A stretch of DNA of 64,000 nt, taken from sequence record NZ_CP041325.1. One strand, 5' to 3'. The notes below the pieces were generated by a model, which was given only the letters and a program-made list of their open reading frames with translations, did no database searches and had not been told where the DNA came from. This DNA is from a plasmid. Numbering within the stretch: the first letter of the stretch is position 1; each line of letters opens with the position of its first letter. Positions 44,410-55,219 of the stretch are shown here, one piece after another. Both the position numbers and the translations under genes were made by a program.

Positions 44410-45221
44410 TTCACCGTTGCGACCGTGATCTTGGTCCCTGTCGAGGTGAAGATAATGTTGCCCTTCTGGTCGGTTCGATAGACAGCCGCCTTGTACGGCT
44501 TGTAGCGGTTGAGTACTTCCGCGGTCGGATGACCATAAGCATTCTTGCCGACACTGATGACGGCGTACTTCGGCTTCACCGCTTTCAGGAAATCCGCGTT
44601 GGAGGACGTCTTCGCCCCGTGGTGTCCGACTTTGATGACGTCCGCGAGGAGCGTCTGTTTTGCTTTGACCATGTCTGCTTCAGACGCCTTCTCCGCATCA
44701 CCCGTGAACAGGAATTTGTTCTTGTTGTACGTCACATGCAGCACCGCGCTCCAGTTATTGAGATCGGTCTTGCCATAGTCGCGCGTCGGTCCGACGAATT
44801 TCGCCATCACGGTTTTCAATGGTAGCTTGACGCCGACCTTCGCGGTCTTGATCGTCAGCTTCTCGGCCTTCACAGCTTTCAAAAAGTTCGCATAGGCATC
44901 CGTCGTGTGCGCCACTTTCGGGGCGTAGACCGATTCCACCTTGTACGCTTTCAGCACTTCATCCAGGCCGCCAAGGTGGTCGGCATCCGGATGTGTGGCA
45001 ATCATGATCTCGATGTCGTCCACTTTCTGTTTCTTAAGGTAGGCGATGACCTCGTCGCCCTGTCCCTGGCGTCCGCCGTCGATCAGGACGTCTTCACCGC
45101 CCGGCATCTTGATGTAAGTTGCGTCGCCTTGGCCGACGTTGATGAAATGCACCTTCATCGTCGGTGTGGCAGCGGAGGTGGACGGTACGGACACGAGCCC
45201 GGCCAATAGGAACATGGACAT
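44406..45221 (-). CDS. Secreted MBL-fold metallo-hydrolase (ComEC C-terminal domain-like)
   Basis: Signal peptide. 'HFINVGQGDATYI' and 'THPDADHLGG' motifs. ~60% GC. Confidence 0.8.
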   Translation of the reverse strand: MSMFLLAGLVSVPSTSAATPTMKVHFINVGQGDATYIKMPGGEDVLIDGGRQGQGDEVIAYLKKQKVDDIEIMIATHPDADHLGGLDEVLKAYKVESVYAPKVAHTTDAYANFLKAVKAEKLTIKTAKVGVKLPLKTVMAKFVGPTRDYGKTDLNNWSAVLHVTYNKNKFLFTGDAEKASEADMVKAKQTLLADVIKVGHHGAKTSSNADFLKAVKPKYAVISVGKNAYGHPTAEVLNRYKPYKAAVYRTDQKGNIIFTSTGTKITVATVK

Positions 45222-45364
45222 GAGGGTGCTTAGGGTCTTCTTCAGTGGGATCTCCTTCTTTCCTGTAAGTTATTTACATTCATCATAAGCGATGGTCTCC
45301 GAGACGGCAATCTATTTTTTCCTCTTTTTCAGGATTGTTCGTGGGCCTTTGGTGGTATAGAATT

Positions 45365-45378
45365 AGAACAAGTGTTCT
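45365..45378. promoter_or_regulatory. LexA (Cheo) box AGAACAAGTGTTCT
   Basis: Perfect GAAC-N4-GTTC palindrome ~20 bp upstream of the polymerase ATG. Confidence 0.7.
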
Positions 45379-45398
45379 TTTCGGAAGGGGTGAAGGAT

Positions 45399-46655
45399 AT
45401 GGAGAGCCGGGAAGGGGGGGAACGCACGATTGCTTGCCTCGACATGCGCAGTTTTTATGCGAGTTGTGCGGCGGTCGAGGCCGGGATGGATCCGCTGGAA
45501 GCGTATATCGCCGTCGTCGGCAACCAGGAGCGCAAGGGCAGCGTTGTGCTTGCGGCCTCCCCGCGGATGAAGCAGGAGTTCGGGGTCCGTACCGGCACCC
45601 GGCTGTTTGAAATCCCGGGCGACCCGCGGATCCGGCTCCTCGAGCCGAAGATGGGCTTCTTCCTGAAGGTGTCGATGGCCATCACGGACCTATTGGCGGA
45701 GTTTGTGCCGAAGGACTGCATCCACGTCTACAGCGTCGACGAGAGCTTCATCGACTTCACCCGTGTGGAGAGCTTCTGGGGCGGGGCAGAGGCGCTCATT
45801 CGCCACATCCAGGACGCGCTTGTCCGCCAATTCGGGCTGCCGTCTGCGGTCGGGGTGGGGCCGAACATGCTGCTGGCGAAGCTCGCACTCGACCTAGAGG
45901 CGAAGAAGAGCGGCTATGCCGAGTGGACGTATACCGACGTGCCGAAGAAGCTGTGGCCGGTCGCGCCCTTGAGCAAGATGTGGGGCATCGGGTCCCGCAC
46001 TGAACAGACCTTGAATGGCATGGGCATCTTCTCGGTCGGCGACTTAGCCTGCACGGATGTCGCAAAATTGGAAGGTCGCTTCGGCATCATGGGACACCAG
46101 CTCTATCAACATGCCAATGGCATCGACCTGTCGGAGCTCGGCGCGCCGCTCATCGAAGGGCAGGTCAGCTACGGCAAGGGGCAGATCCTCTACCGGGACT
46201 ATACCGAAGTGGAAGACATCCTGACGATCATCCTGGAGATGTGCGAGGACGTCGCGATGCGCGCGCGGCAGGCCGGACGGGCGGGGCGCACGGTCCAGCT
46301 GGGGGTCGGCTACAGCAAGACAGCGTTCGGCGGCGGCTTCTCCCGCTCGCGTTCAATCGAGGAGGCGACGAACGAGACGCTGGCGCTCTACCGGGTCTGC
46401 CAGGAACTGTTCCGGGAACATTACCTCGGCAAACCGGTCCGCCAGATTTCGCTGTCCCTCAGCAACCTGGAGGAAGAGTCATCGATGCAGCTGAGCCTGT
46501 TCGAGGCCCAGAAATGGGAGAACCGCAAGCTCGGGGCGGCGATGGACCAGATCCGGAACCGGTACGGCTATTCGGCGATCTACCGGGCGGTGTCCGGGAC
46601 CGAAGCTGGAACGGCCATTGCCCGGACACGCTTGATTGGCGGGCATCAGAAATAA
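45399..46655 (+). CDS. Y-family DNA polymerase (DinB/UmuC-like translesion polymerase)
   Basis: 'IACLDMRSFYASCAA...VYSVDESFIDFT' is the Y-family palm. The ORF-track start at 45372 overlaps the LexA box, so the Met at 45399 is preferred. ~62% GC. Confidence 0.85.
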   Translation: MESREGGERTIACLDMRSFYASCAAVEAGMDPLEAYIAVVGNQERKGSVVLAASPRMKQEFGVRTGTRLFEIPGDPRIRLLEPKMGFFLKVSMAITDLLAEFVPKDCIHVYSVDESFIDFTRVESFWGGAEALIRHIQDALVRQFGLPSAVGVGPNMLLAKLALDLEAKKSGYAEWTYTDVPKKLWPVAPLSKMWGIGSRTEQTLNGMGIFSVGDLACTDVAKLEGRFGIMGHQLYQHANGIDLSELGAPLIEGQVSYGKGQILYRDYTEVEDILTIILEMCEDVAMRARQAGRAGRTVQLGVGYSKTAFGGGFSRSRSIEEATNETLALYRVCQELFREHYLGKPVRQISLSLSNLEEESSMQLSLFEAQKWENRKLGAAMDQIRNRYGYSAIYRAVSGTEAGTAIARTRLIGGHQK

Positions 46656-46952
46656 GAAACTTGTTCTAAGAGAATTAAAAGAAGACGTTATACATATTCT
46701 TTATTAGGAATTATTGAGCGTTAATTCTAGAAGGTGCAATAATGCTTCAATATGGATATAAAAGACGGACGGAATAGTTAGAGCAAATGACAAAGTTTTC
46801 TATACAGAAGAGAATTTTTCGTGTTCAAACGTGACGTTTTAGTAGCTTAAACATGTAATATACCTATCAAAAAACACAAAAACGGCTCATTGTAAACTTT
46901 TCTTTCTTTTCATTACGATAATGTTAGTTACAACAAAAAGGAGAGATTGGGA

Positions 46953-47279
46953 TGGATTACGAATTGGAATTACCGGAAGAGTTTGAAGGAATGGAATTGC
47001 TGCAGACGTTAATCAGTCCAGCAAAAGTCAGATACGGGAATTATGATTCTTGGTGAGAATTATGCGGAGGGAGTTGAACGGCCGACTGTGCGGATTTACC
47101 TAATCAGTATCGGAAAAGATGAATGGAATATCGAAGGAGAACTTCAGGCGTTTACATTTCCAAGTTTCGGCAGCGCGAAGCGGTTTGTCGAGGATTTGCC
47201 AAGTATGTCGGCCATCGATTTGTTGCTGCTTATGAACGGGCATCAAGCTACCCATCCTAGTAAACAGATTATGCAATGA
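46953..47279 (+). CDS. Hypothetical protein, frameshifted near 47045
   Basis: 'MDYELELPEEFEGMELLQTL...' continues into the 47043..47279 frame. Confidence 0.3.
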
Positions 47280-47329
47280 AATGATATATAATGGTGCTCT
47301 TTCGACGATATTCTTATGTCTCCGTAAGA

Positions 47330-47770
47330 GATTACCTTCTGAAGGTTCTGAAGGTAATGATAAACTGAAATACCGCACCTGCAAGGTAACAAGGCAAAGA
47401 ATTCCCGGCTATTTGTGGTCCAAGCTGCTCGAAGTCCGGGAAAAGCAGGCCATCCATCGGCTCTTGAAAAAGGATGCCCACTTACAAGAACTTCAATTGT
47501 TCATCAGCGAGTTCTAGCAGCTCATGCGACTACAGCGAGAATGCCTGCATTGAATACGAAGAAAAAAAGCGGAATCAAGGAACTGAAGCAATTTGGACGC
47601 TACTTGCAATCAGATTGGCAAGCTGTTGAAAAATTCCCTGATTCATCGCTGGAGCAATGGTTTGGTAGAAGGTCATGTAAATCGCATTAAAGTGATCAAA
47701 TGGTAAAGGTATGGCCGGGCTAACTTTAATCTGCTTCGCCTTAAAATTTTATACCGTTCCAATTAATACT
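47330..47770 (+). mobile_element. Degenerate C-terminal remnant of an ISL3-family transposase
   Basis: Across three frames: 'GIKELKQFGRYLQS', 'LLKNSLIHRWSNGLVEGHVNRIKVIKW*', 'RYGRANFNLLRLKIL'. This is the ISL3 C-terminal signature with an in-frame stop. No N-terminal transposase portion is present. Confidence 0.6.
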
Positions 47771-48182
47771 TTCCTAAAAAACAAGCTAACCATTCACCAG
47801 CTGCCGACAATCATCTTCACCAAATTGCGGAAGAACCAATAATAAACCGGTGTTAACAAATATTATTTTCAATTTTAAAAAATAAGTTTAATACATCGAG
47901 TGCTATATATTTTTAGGAACCTAAACAACCGTGTTTAAGTTCCTTTTTTGCTGTTATTTAGCATTTGGTTATAGAAATTAGAAATAATAATTACCTTCTT
48001 TGATCTATCGAATGGTGCAAATTCACTTTAAATAATTTTCTTAATTTTTTCTCAAAACCTCAAAAATAAATCTCTTTTCGATGTGAATACTTGTATAATT
48101 TAGGTAATAATAAATATTTTTAAAGACTCATAAATTAGATGAATTAATTTAATTAAAATACTATTAAATATATAGGGGGTTA

Positions 48183-49787
48183 ATGATGGAGAGCATAAGA
48201 ATAAGAAATTTAAGAAGTTTAAAAGACACAGGGGAGGTTGAACTCAAACCGTTAACTTTATTAGTGGGGAAAAATAGCTCAGGAAAAAGCACCTTTTTAA
48301 GAACCTTCCCATTATTCAAGCAAACTATAGAAACTAAAACTAATGAACCGATTCTTTGGTATAGCAGTAGATACGTTGATTTTGGAAGTTTTCATGAAAG
48401 TCTTAATAAGATAACAGCTAAAGAAGAGGAGGAAAAGAAAAATATTAGTTTTGATTTCAAATTTAGTATCCCAAGTTCAGTTGTACAAATGGGAACTGTT
48501 GATATATTAAGCTACTATTCTTTAAGACCAAGTAGAATGAGTAGAATTTATAATTATAATTACAGCAATAGTAACCGTAAAACACCATTTAAAATAAGCA
48601 TTGAAACGAATCAAAAGTCATTATCTAAATTTACTATTTCTATAGAAGATCATTTACTTGAAATGACTTTAAAAGAAGATGAAAAATTTAGTCAAGTAGG
48701 ACTTAAAATAAACGGAGTACCTATTTCAGAAACTTCTAGTTTAGTAGCTCGATACGCTAAAGATTACTCGCAGTTATTACCTTTAATCTTTAGTGACAAA
48801 AGTAATTCTTCTGAAAATAATTATTTTAGAGATGAGTTATTTAAAATTTTTCAAAGCTTGGCTTATACTTCTACGAGAAGAAATACGATTTCAGAGTTTA
48901 TTGAGGACATAAAGTTTGGTGATAAATCTGAAATTATTAATAATATAAAAAGTCAAGATACTACAGCTAATGTTCTATTAGAAAATTTAAAAGCATTAGA
49001 GTCCGACAATGAGGTAATGCAACAAATTATAATAAATTACATAGGTATGAATATAAATCCTATAATAACAATGTGTAATAATTATATAGAACAGTATTTC
49101 TCTTCAATTAATTACATCGCTCCTATTAGAGCGAGTGCCGAAAGGTATTACAGAATTCAAGGTCTTTCTGTAGATGATATCGATCCACAGGGCGAGAATA
49201 TACCAATGATTTTCAATAATATGAGTGATATTGAAAAAGAAAATTATAACCATTGGTTATTTGGTAATTTTGGATTTCAAATATCAGCAAGCCCTACGGA
49301 AGGACATTCATCAATAAGAATAAAATATAGTAATGGAGAAGAGGTTAACTTAGCAGATACAGGCTTCGGGTATTCTCAGATTCTCCCAATTACTTTAGTT
49401 CTATGGCAGACTTCAAAACAAGAACGAAAAGACATATTTGCATATAGTGGATTATATAAAGCTGATTACAATTTTTTTAATTTAGTGATTGAGCAGCCTG
49501 AACTACATTTGCATCCAGCTATTCAGGCTAAATTAATCGATGCATTTATAAAGATAATTATGCTATGTAAAGAAAAGAGTATTGATATTAAAATTATTAT
49601 CGAAACACATAGTGAAACAATGATTAATAGAATTGGATATATAATAGCAAAAAATATAGAGGAATTTACCGAGGATTTAGTTAAGGTAATTATTTTTGAA
49701 AATGATGAGGTCTTTGATACTAAATTAAATGTAAGTACATATTCGGAAAACGGGTATCTAAAAAAATGGCCTTTAGGTTTTTTTTGA
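48183..49787 (+). CDS. ABC/AAA_21-type ATPase, AriA-like (PARIS-like system component)
   Basis: N-terminal 'IRIRNLRSLKDTGEVELKPLTLLVGKNSSGKST'. C-terminal 'IEQPELHLHPAIQAKLIDAF...IIETHSETMI' (Walker B, D-loop, H-loop). Confidence 0.6.
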   Translation: MMESIRIRNLRSLKDTGEVELKPLTLLVGKNSSGKSTFLRTFPLFKQTIETKTNEPILWYSSRYVDFGSFHESLNKITAKEEEEKKNISFDFKFSIPSSVVQMGTVDILSYYSLRPSRMSRIYNYNYSNSNRKTPFKISIETNQKSLSKFTISIEDHLLEMTLKEDEKFSQVGLKINGVPISETSSLVARYAKDYSQLLPLIFSDKSNSSENNYFRDELFKIFQSLAYTSTRRNTISEFIEDIKFGDKSEIINNIKSQDTTANVLLENLKALESDNEVMQQIIINYIGMNINPIITMCNNYIEQYFSSINYIAPIRASAERYYRIQGLSVDDIDPQGENIPMIFNNMSDIEKENYNHWLFGNFGFQISASPTEGHSSIRIKYSNGEEVNLADTGFGYSQILPITLVLWQTSKQERKDIFAYSGLYKADYNFFNLVIEQPELHLHPAIQAKLIDAFIKIIMLCKEKSIDIKIIIETHSETMINRIGYIIAKNIEEFTEDLVKVIIFENDEVFDTKLNVSTYSENGYLKKWPLGFF

Positions 49788-49802
49788 GCCGGAGGGAATT
49801 TA

Positions 49803-51006
49803 ATGTTATTAAAGATTGATAGTTCATTAGTTGATTATTTAAAAGATAATTCCTCAAAGCCCAATTTAATAAATAACGAAGTTCAGGCTTTAAATAATCT
49901 CTCTATAGCACACAGGGACAAAAAACATATTTTATTTGGATCTTTAGATGTAGTAGAATTTTTAAAAGATTTTAAACCCTTAGATGATACTGCGCTAGGA
50001 ATTTTTAGCAATTTATTTAAAAAGTTTACTTTCATGGGAATATATGAAGAAATGTTTGATAATCAAATATTAATTAAAAGTAGAGAACATAAGTTTTTAA
50101 AGAAGTTTGTTAAAGAGAAAGTAATATTTGAAATTCCTATAACTGATTTTTTTAGATATAGAGAGTATTAGTAGAACTGCACTAATTGGAGAAGACAGTA
50201 CTGACTGTGAATTTTATGAAGGATTAGCAAAACAGTATATTACAGAAAATTATGGGATTTCTGCTATTAATTTAAACTTTCACCATGTGAATGGAGGGGG
50301 AGTAAATACTTGGAAATCCTTGCGTTATTACAGTGAAAATAAAAAAATCTCACTTACTATAACTGATAGTGATAAGCGCTACCCAACTGGTAACGTAGGA
50401 GAGACTTTAAGAAAATTGAGGACTGAATATAATAAACATAAAAATAATACGATAACAGATTTAGTGGAGTTAAAAGTAAGAGAAAAAGAAAATTTAATTC
50501 CTCCTTCAGTTTATTTGTATTGCTGCAACAGTTCTGATAAAAGTAGATTGGAAAACTTCATGTTATTAGAGGATTCTAATAAGCATTCCGAAAAATTATT
50601 TTATTTAGATTATAAAGAAGGGTTAAACGTTAAGAGCTATAAACGAGATTCTCAATTGCAAGGATATATAGAAGAAATGGTGAAAGATTTTCCGCACTTA
50701 GCCACTTGTAGTTTGGAAGATATAGATTCCTTATCTGACGATTATCGTATTATTGAAGGTATAAGTATGAATGTTTCAGATTATTTTAGTGTAGGAGTTT
50801 TTTACGAAGGTTTAGAAAAAGAATTAGAAGATAAATTAATGATAGAAAAAATACCAGCAGAAGTTATAGATGATTTGCGTAATAGTATAGACAAAAAAAA
50901 TAAAATGTTTAGACATATGCCAGAAAGCTTTCAAGTTCATTTGGAGGAAATTTGCAAAAAGCTTATTGATTGGGGATGTGCTAATAGTTCTTTTATTGCG
51001 ACCTAA
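49803..51006 (+). CDS. DUF4435/Toprim-like (OLD-family nuclease-like) protein, AriB-like; one gene split by a T7-run indel at ~50165
   Basis: Removing one T from 'gattttttta' joins the 122-aa and 239-aa ORFs. The junction then reads 'ALIGEDSTDCEFYEGL' (Toprim Glu motif), followed by 'LTITDSDKRYP' (DxD motif). Confidence 0.5.
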
Positions 51007-51364
51007 ATACTTTGAAAAAGCATTTAAAAATATTTATGAAAGTATTACTTAAATTGTAAATTGATTTGTCAAGTGTATAGTGATTACGTGAATTTTTTTC
51101 ATAAAAGATGGTTTATAAGAGGCCGAAAAGAAGATTCCAATTTCTTCTCGGCTACTTCTAATTTAGTCTCAAAATTTATATCAAAAGCACTCTATTATAA
51201 TATTGCTTAAGAATGATCCAGCTAAGAAAAGGAAGGACATCGATTCTTATAACGAATCTAATACAGTATCTATATTTAAGTGTTTATACAATAAAGTTAT
51301 TTTTTGCTTAGTCTCGGCTGCGTACTTACTCGAACGAACCCTGGAATCGCAAGCTCGTCCAACT

Positions 51365-54300
51365 TTATCGTAAAAGTATGGTGTGAGTTACTTTATCTAT
51401 GATTTGCTGTGAAATTTCTCGATCGAAATCTGCTATCTCTGGTAATATAGCATTAATATTTGCTAAATCTATTTCTTCAAAGTTCGATATTGCTTCAGCA
51501 ATTATAGTTGATTTCTTGAGTAAAAATAATCTCAATGAATTGGGGTCTTCATTTATTAAGTGGAAAATAAGAATATGCAGAGCTTGCCATTCTAATCGAT
51601 CTTTTGAGTAAGAATCTCTATGCATAGGAATATCAAAATCATTTTCTATATAATACTTAACTAGCGAAGGAGAAAAAGCGAACTGATAAAGGTTTATTTT
51701 CTCAAATTTCTCTTTATTACTGTAAAGAAAATTATCAATTATTCGAACGTGCTTTTTATCAAGATACAAAAAGAGGAACTCAAGTATTTCACTATGAAAG
51801 CTCGCCCAAACATTATGCTCATCAAATTTAGTTTTTATTCGGGTTAAATCTATAGCTTTAATAAGCTCAGAGTATTTACCTGAATCAAACTTTCTCAGAA
51901 TCTTATAGAAACTAGATAAGTTGTGCCAACTGCGAAAGGGAACTGTTACTAATTCTTCAGCCAATTGCTTGGGTTCAATAAAACTAATGATTTTTTCACC
52001 AATGACTCTTTGATCTTTTTTAATATAATCTCTTTTTTCGCTTAAAGAGTTGAATCCCATTACTATTGCTAAAAATTTGAAATCTAGCATATGCCAAGCG
52101 TTAATTGAATGTTGTTTAAATGCATTGCGGAAATTGTCAGACATCACGTGAAATAATTTAATGCCATAAAGTCTGTCGTAGTTAAAAATGTTCCCAATGA
52201 AATCAACTAAGTCTTCGAAATCTAACTGGTTATTTTCCAATAAAAGTAGTTCTGTTTCAATCTGGTTTTTGTCTAAAAGCTTGAAAAATTCCTTTGCTCT
52301 TTCAATTGATAAAAGAAGACCTAACCTAGAAATAAAATAACTCCAGTGATATAAATCTTCTTTCTTTAAATTAGAAAATCTATTAGCAATTTCAGTTATA
52401 TTTAAGTTGTTACCAAAATCTTTTGCTTTAATTCTATCCGAATTATACATATCATTTATTATAGTGCCCAATGAATAAGCCGTTATACTATTTACATTTT
52501 CAATTTCTTTATGAATTGTTGAAGAAAAATGATATATATCAAAATACTCGGTTTTACTAAACTTTGTAAAAGTATTGGCGAAGTATAAAGCATGAGTAGT
52601 GAGAGTTTTTTTCTTCTGACGACAAGCTTTCTTCAATGATATGGTAAACTTCGTCTTTCGAAATAATATAAGGCATTCTAAAATGCAGTTCACTAGTGAA
52701 AATTGTATTCATAAACCATACTTTTCCTAAAAGCGGATTATTTAGAGATATCATTTCATTGTGTACTATTTGCTCATATTTTTTTCTATTTTCTGTGTCA
52801 TTATCGAATATGAACTTCAATTGTCTTTTAGCTGCTTCATAGTGAATCATTCTAAGGAAGAAACCATCAATTAACCTTTTCTTTCGTAGTGCTTTTAAAT
52901 TTTTATTTAGCCATTCTTCATCTTCAGAAAAGTATTCTTTTACGTTCTGTATTAACCAATTTTCATTTACTGTATTATCTTTGGTTATTATCTGTTTTAG
53001 AGCCAGTAAAAAAATTAATCTTTGTGAGTTGTCTAGATCTTTTGATTTAAAGTAGTTATCTTTAGTAGTTTTCCACCCGCCTCTAATTACATAATTAAAG
53101 GTCCAAAGATTGTCCTCTTTCGAGGCGGCATCTATTCTTTGATCGAACGATTCTTGCAGAAAGTAATTTCCTAAGTCTCCATCTATTTTTGAAATAATAT
53201 GTGAAACTGTTTTTTCATTTTTTCTGTAAAATTCACTAATGCAAGCGATATTCTCATTATTAGAAATTGAAACTGTAGCGGAATCAACTTCTATATCTTC
53301 AGTAACTGTCAAAATGATCTTTTGATAATTACTGCTTTTTTCTTGTAAGATTTGCAAAATCGAACTGGGTAGAATATGTCCATCATCAATGATATATATT
53401 GCTTTAGGATTGCTGGGTAAAGAAAAATTATCGATATCTGTAAAATCATTGGTTTTGAAACGTAAAACTTCATATCCATGTTTTAAAAAATGAAAAGCGA
53501 TTTGGTAACAAGAAATGGATTTACCAGATCCGGGTTTTCCTTGAAGAATAACAAAGTTATTCAACTCTAAAACTTTAATAGCTTTTTTGAACTTGGGGCA
53601 TTTCGGGACAAACGCTCACGTCTTGAGGGGTAAGTTTGTACCCTAAAACGGCTCTTCCAATACTATCATTTTGATTTTTAAAATTTAAGTACTCCCATTT
53701 ATTATAATTATTCTCGTCTATCAAATTTTCAACTAATTCCTCAAAAAATTCCGACGCCGATAAATTAATCACTCTTTCATCAGTTGAAAATGGGGAAACT
53801 CTATAGACTTTCCATTTATCTTCTAAAGGCGAAATCAATTCTTCTACAATTTTTGCATCGCTTTCTGAATAGCCAACGATAACTAGAGTTCTAGGTCTTT
53901 CCATTGCTAGTAGATTAATATGTTTTTGTTCTTCGTCACTTATATTTCCTGGAGAGTTTGGAAGTACCCACTCAGAATTTAAATTTAAGACATCTCCGTG
54001 TGGTTTGATCAAATTTATTTTACTGTCGTTTATTCGGGTACCATATAATTCAGACCATGACATTTCTAATAAGCTATCCCAATTAAAAGAGACAATTAGC
54101 TCAAAAAATTTTCATGAACTAATTTAGCTATATTATTATGTATACGAGGGGCAACGGTTATTTTACTGTTAACCTTGCTAAACTTGCTTTTAAATAAACT
54201 TACCGCATCTTCATTCTGTTCAATATATGAAAACGCCCTTTTGATTTTTTACAAAATCTTCTCCTATTCTACTCTTTGTACTTCCAATGCCTTTAAACTT

Positions 54301-54465
54301 CTGATCGATACTAGGAAAAGAACTTACTACCTCCCAAACAATAGGAGCAAGCTGGTTACCTAGTGGCATTCCAGGTTCAAAGGAAACTCCCGCCCCAATA
54401 ACTACGACAGCATTATTAACTCTTATTTCATTAATTATTGAGGTTAAATTATTAACAGACTTCAT
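51365..54465 (-). CDS. SIR2-like NADase domain fused to a NACHT/STAND-like P-loop NTPase and an α-helical C-terminal domain (~1030 aa after correcting homopolymer frameshifts); bNACHT/Avs5-like candidate
   Basis: SIR2 motifs: 'VVVIGAGVSFEPGMPLGNQL' (54220..54465), 'IVSFNWDSLLE', 'LIKPHGD' and 'LVIVGYSESD' (53575..54063). NTPase: 'ILQGKPGSGKS', 'IYIIDDGHIL', 'KIILTVTED' (52557..53564). Helical 442-aa tail (51365..52693). Junctions lie at T6, A6 and A7 runs. A single nt change at each gives a continuous ORF. Confidence 0.55.
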
Positions 54466-54563
54466 CTCACTTGCTCCTTTTTTTAGTGATACTTTAATTA
54501 TTCCATATAGGGAAAAATAATAAAAACGTTATAAATTAAACTGTTTTATAGGAGTTTCTTCTA

Positions 54564-55182
54564 TTATAAAGGAGTTGCTGTCTCTGCTTCGATTTCTCTC
54601 ACTAATTTATAAAAACTAGTTTTTTTAACTCCAGTTTCTTGCATGGCTTCAACTGCTGTTAATTCTCCAGATTTCCATTTTCTATAAACCTCTTTAAATT
54701 CTTCTGAAACAAGAACAGGAGTCCTGCCAAACTGAATGCCGTTTTTCAACGCTAAGTCGATTCCTTCGCGTTGCCGTTTTCGTATGCGTTCCCGTTCTTC
54801 TTCTGCCATCCAGGAAAGAATCTGCAAAACCAAATCTGCAATGAATGTTCCCATACTATCTTTATACTGCGTCGTATCGAGTAACGGCATATCCAGCACC
54901 ACGATATCCGCTTCGATTTTTTTTCGTCAGGTCATTCCATTCCTGGAGGATCTCTTCTTTGTTCCGGCCAAACCGATCCAGCGAGTGGATATATAAAATG
55001 TCGCCTTTCCGGATAATCCGTTTGAGCAGCTGATAGTTCGCTCGCTCGAAATTCTTACCACTTTGCTTGTCCAAATAAATATCCCGTTCAGTGATGCCCA
55101 TTTTTCTCATTGCTTCCAATTGACGGCCTTCGTTTTGATCTTTGCTGCTGACACGTATGTAGCCAAATTTGCGATGTTCCAT
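54564..55182 (-). CDS. Serine recombinase (resolvase/invertase family), one A8-run frameshift near 54895
   Basis: N-terminal 'GYIRVSSKDQNEGRQL...LYIHSLDRFGRN' catalytic domain. C-terminal HTH 'TAVEAMQETGVKKTSFYKLVRE'. Confidence 0.8.
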
Positions 55183-55219
55183 AATTCACCTCGAAAACGA
55201 TTGTTTCCTCTCATTATAC

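Noticed and set aside
45335-46669. ORFs 45335..45610, 45455..45721, 45703..45897, 45796..46065, 46241..46669 with R/A/G/P-rich products
   Set aside because: Open frames created by the high GC content within and around the polymerase gene. No domain signatures, and they overlap the real CDS.
47325-47360. Palindromic TTACCTTCTGAAGG/TTCTGAAGGTAA near the IS remnant as a regulatory site
   Set aside because: Lies within the transposase-remnant coding frames. Could be a remnant inverted repeat, and the evidence is too thin to call.
47281-47690. Two ORFs (78 and 91 aa) as independent genes
   Set aside because: Reinterpreted as frames of a single decayed ISL3 transposase C-terminus.
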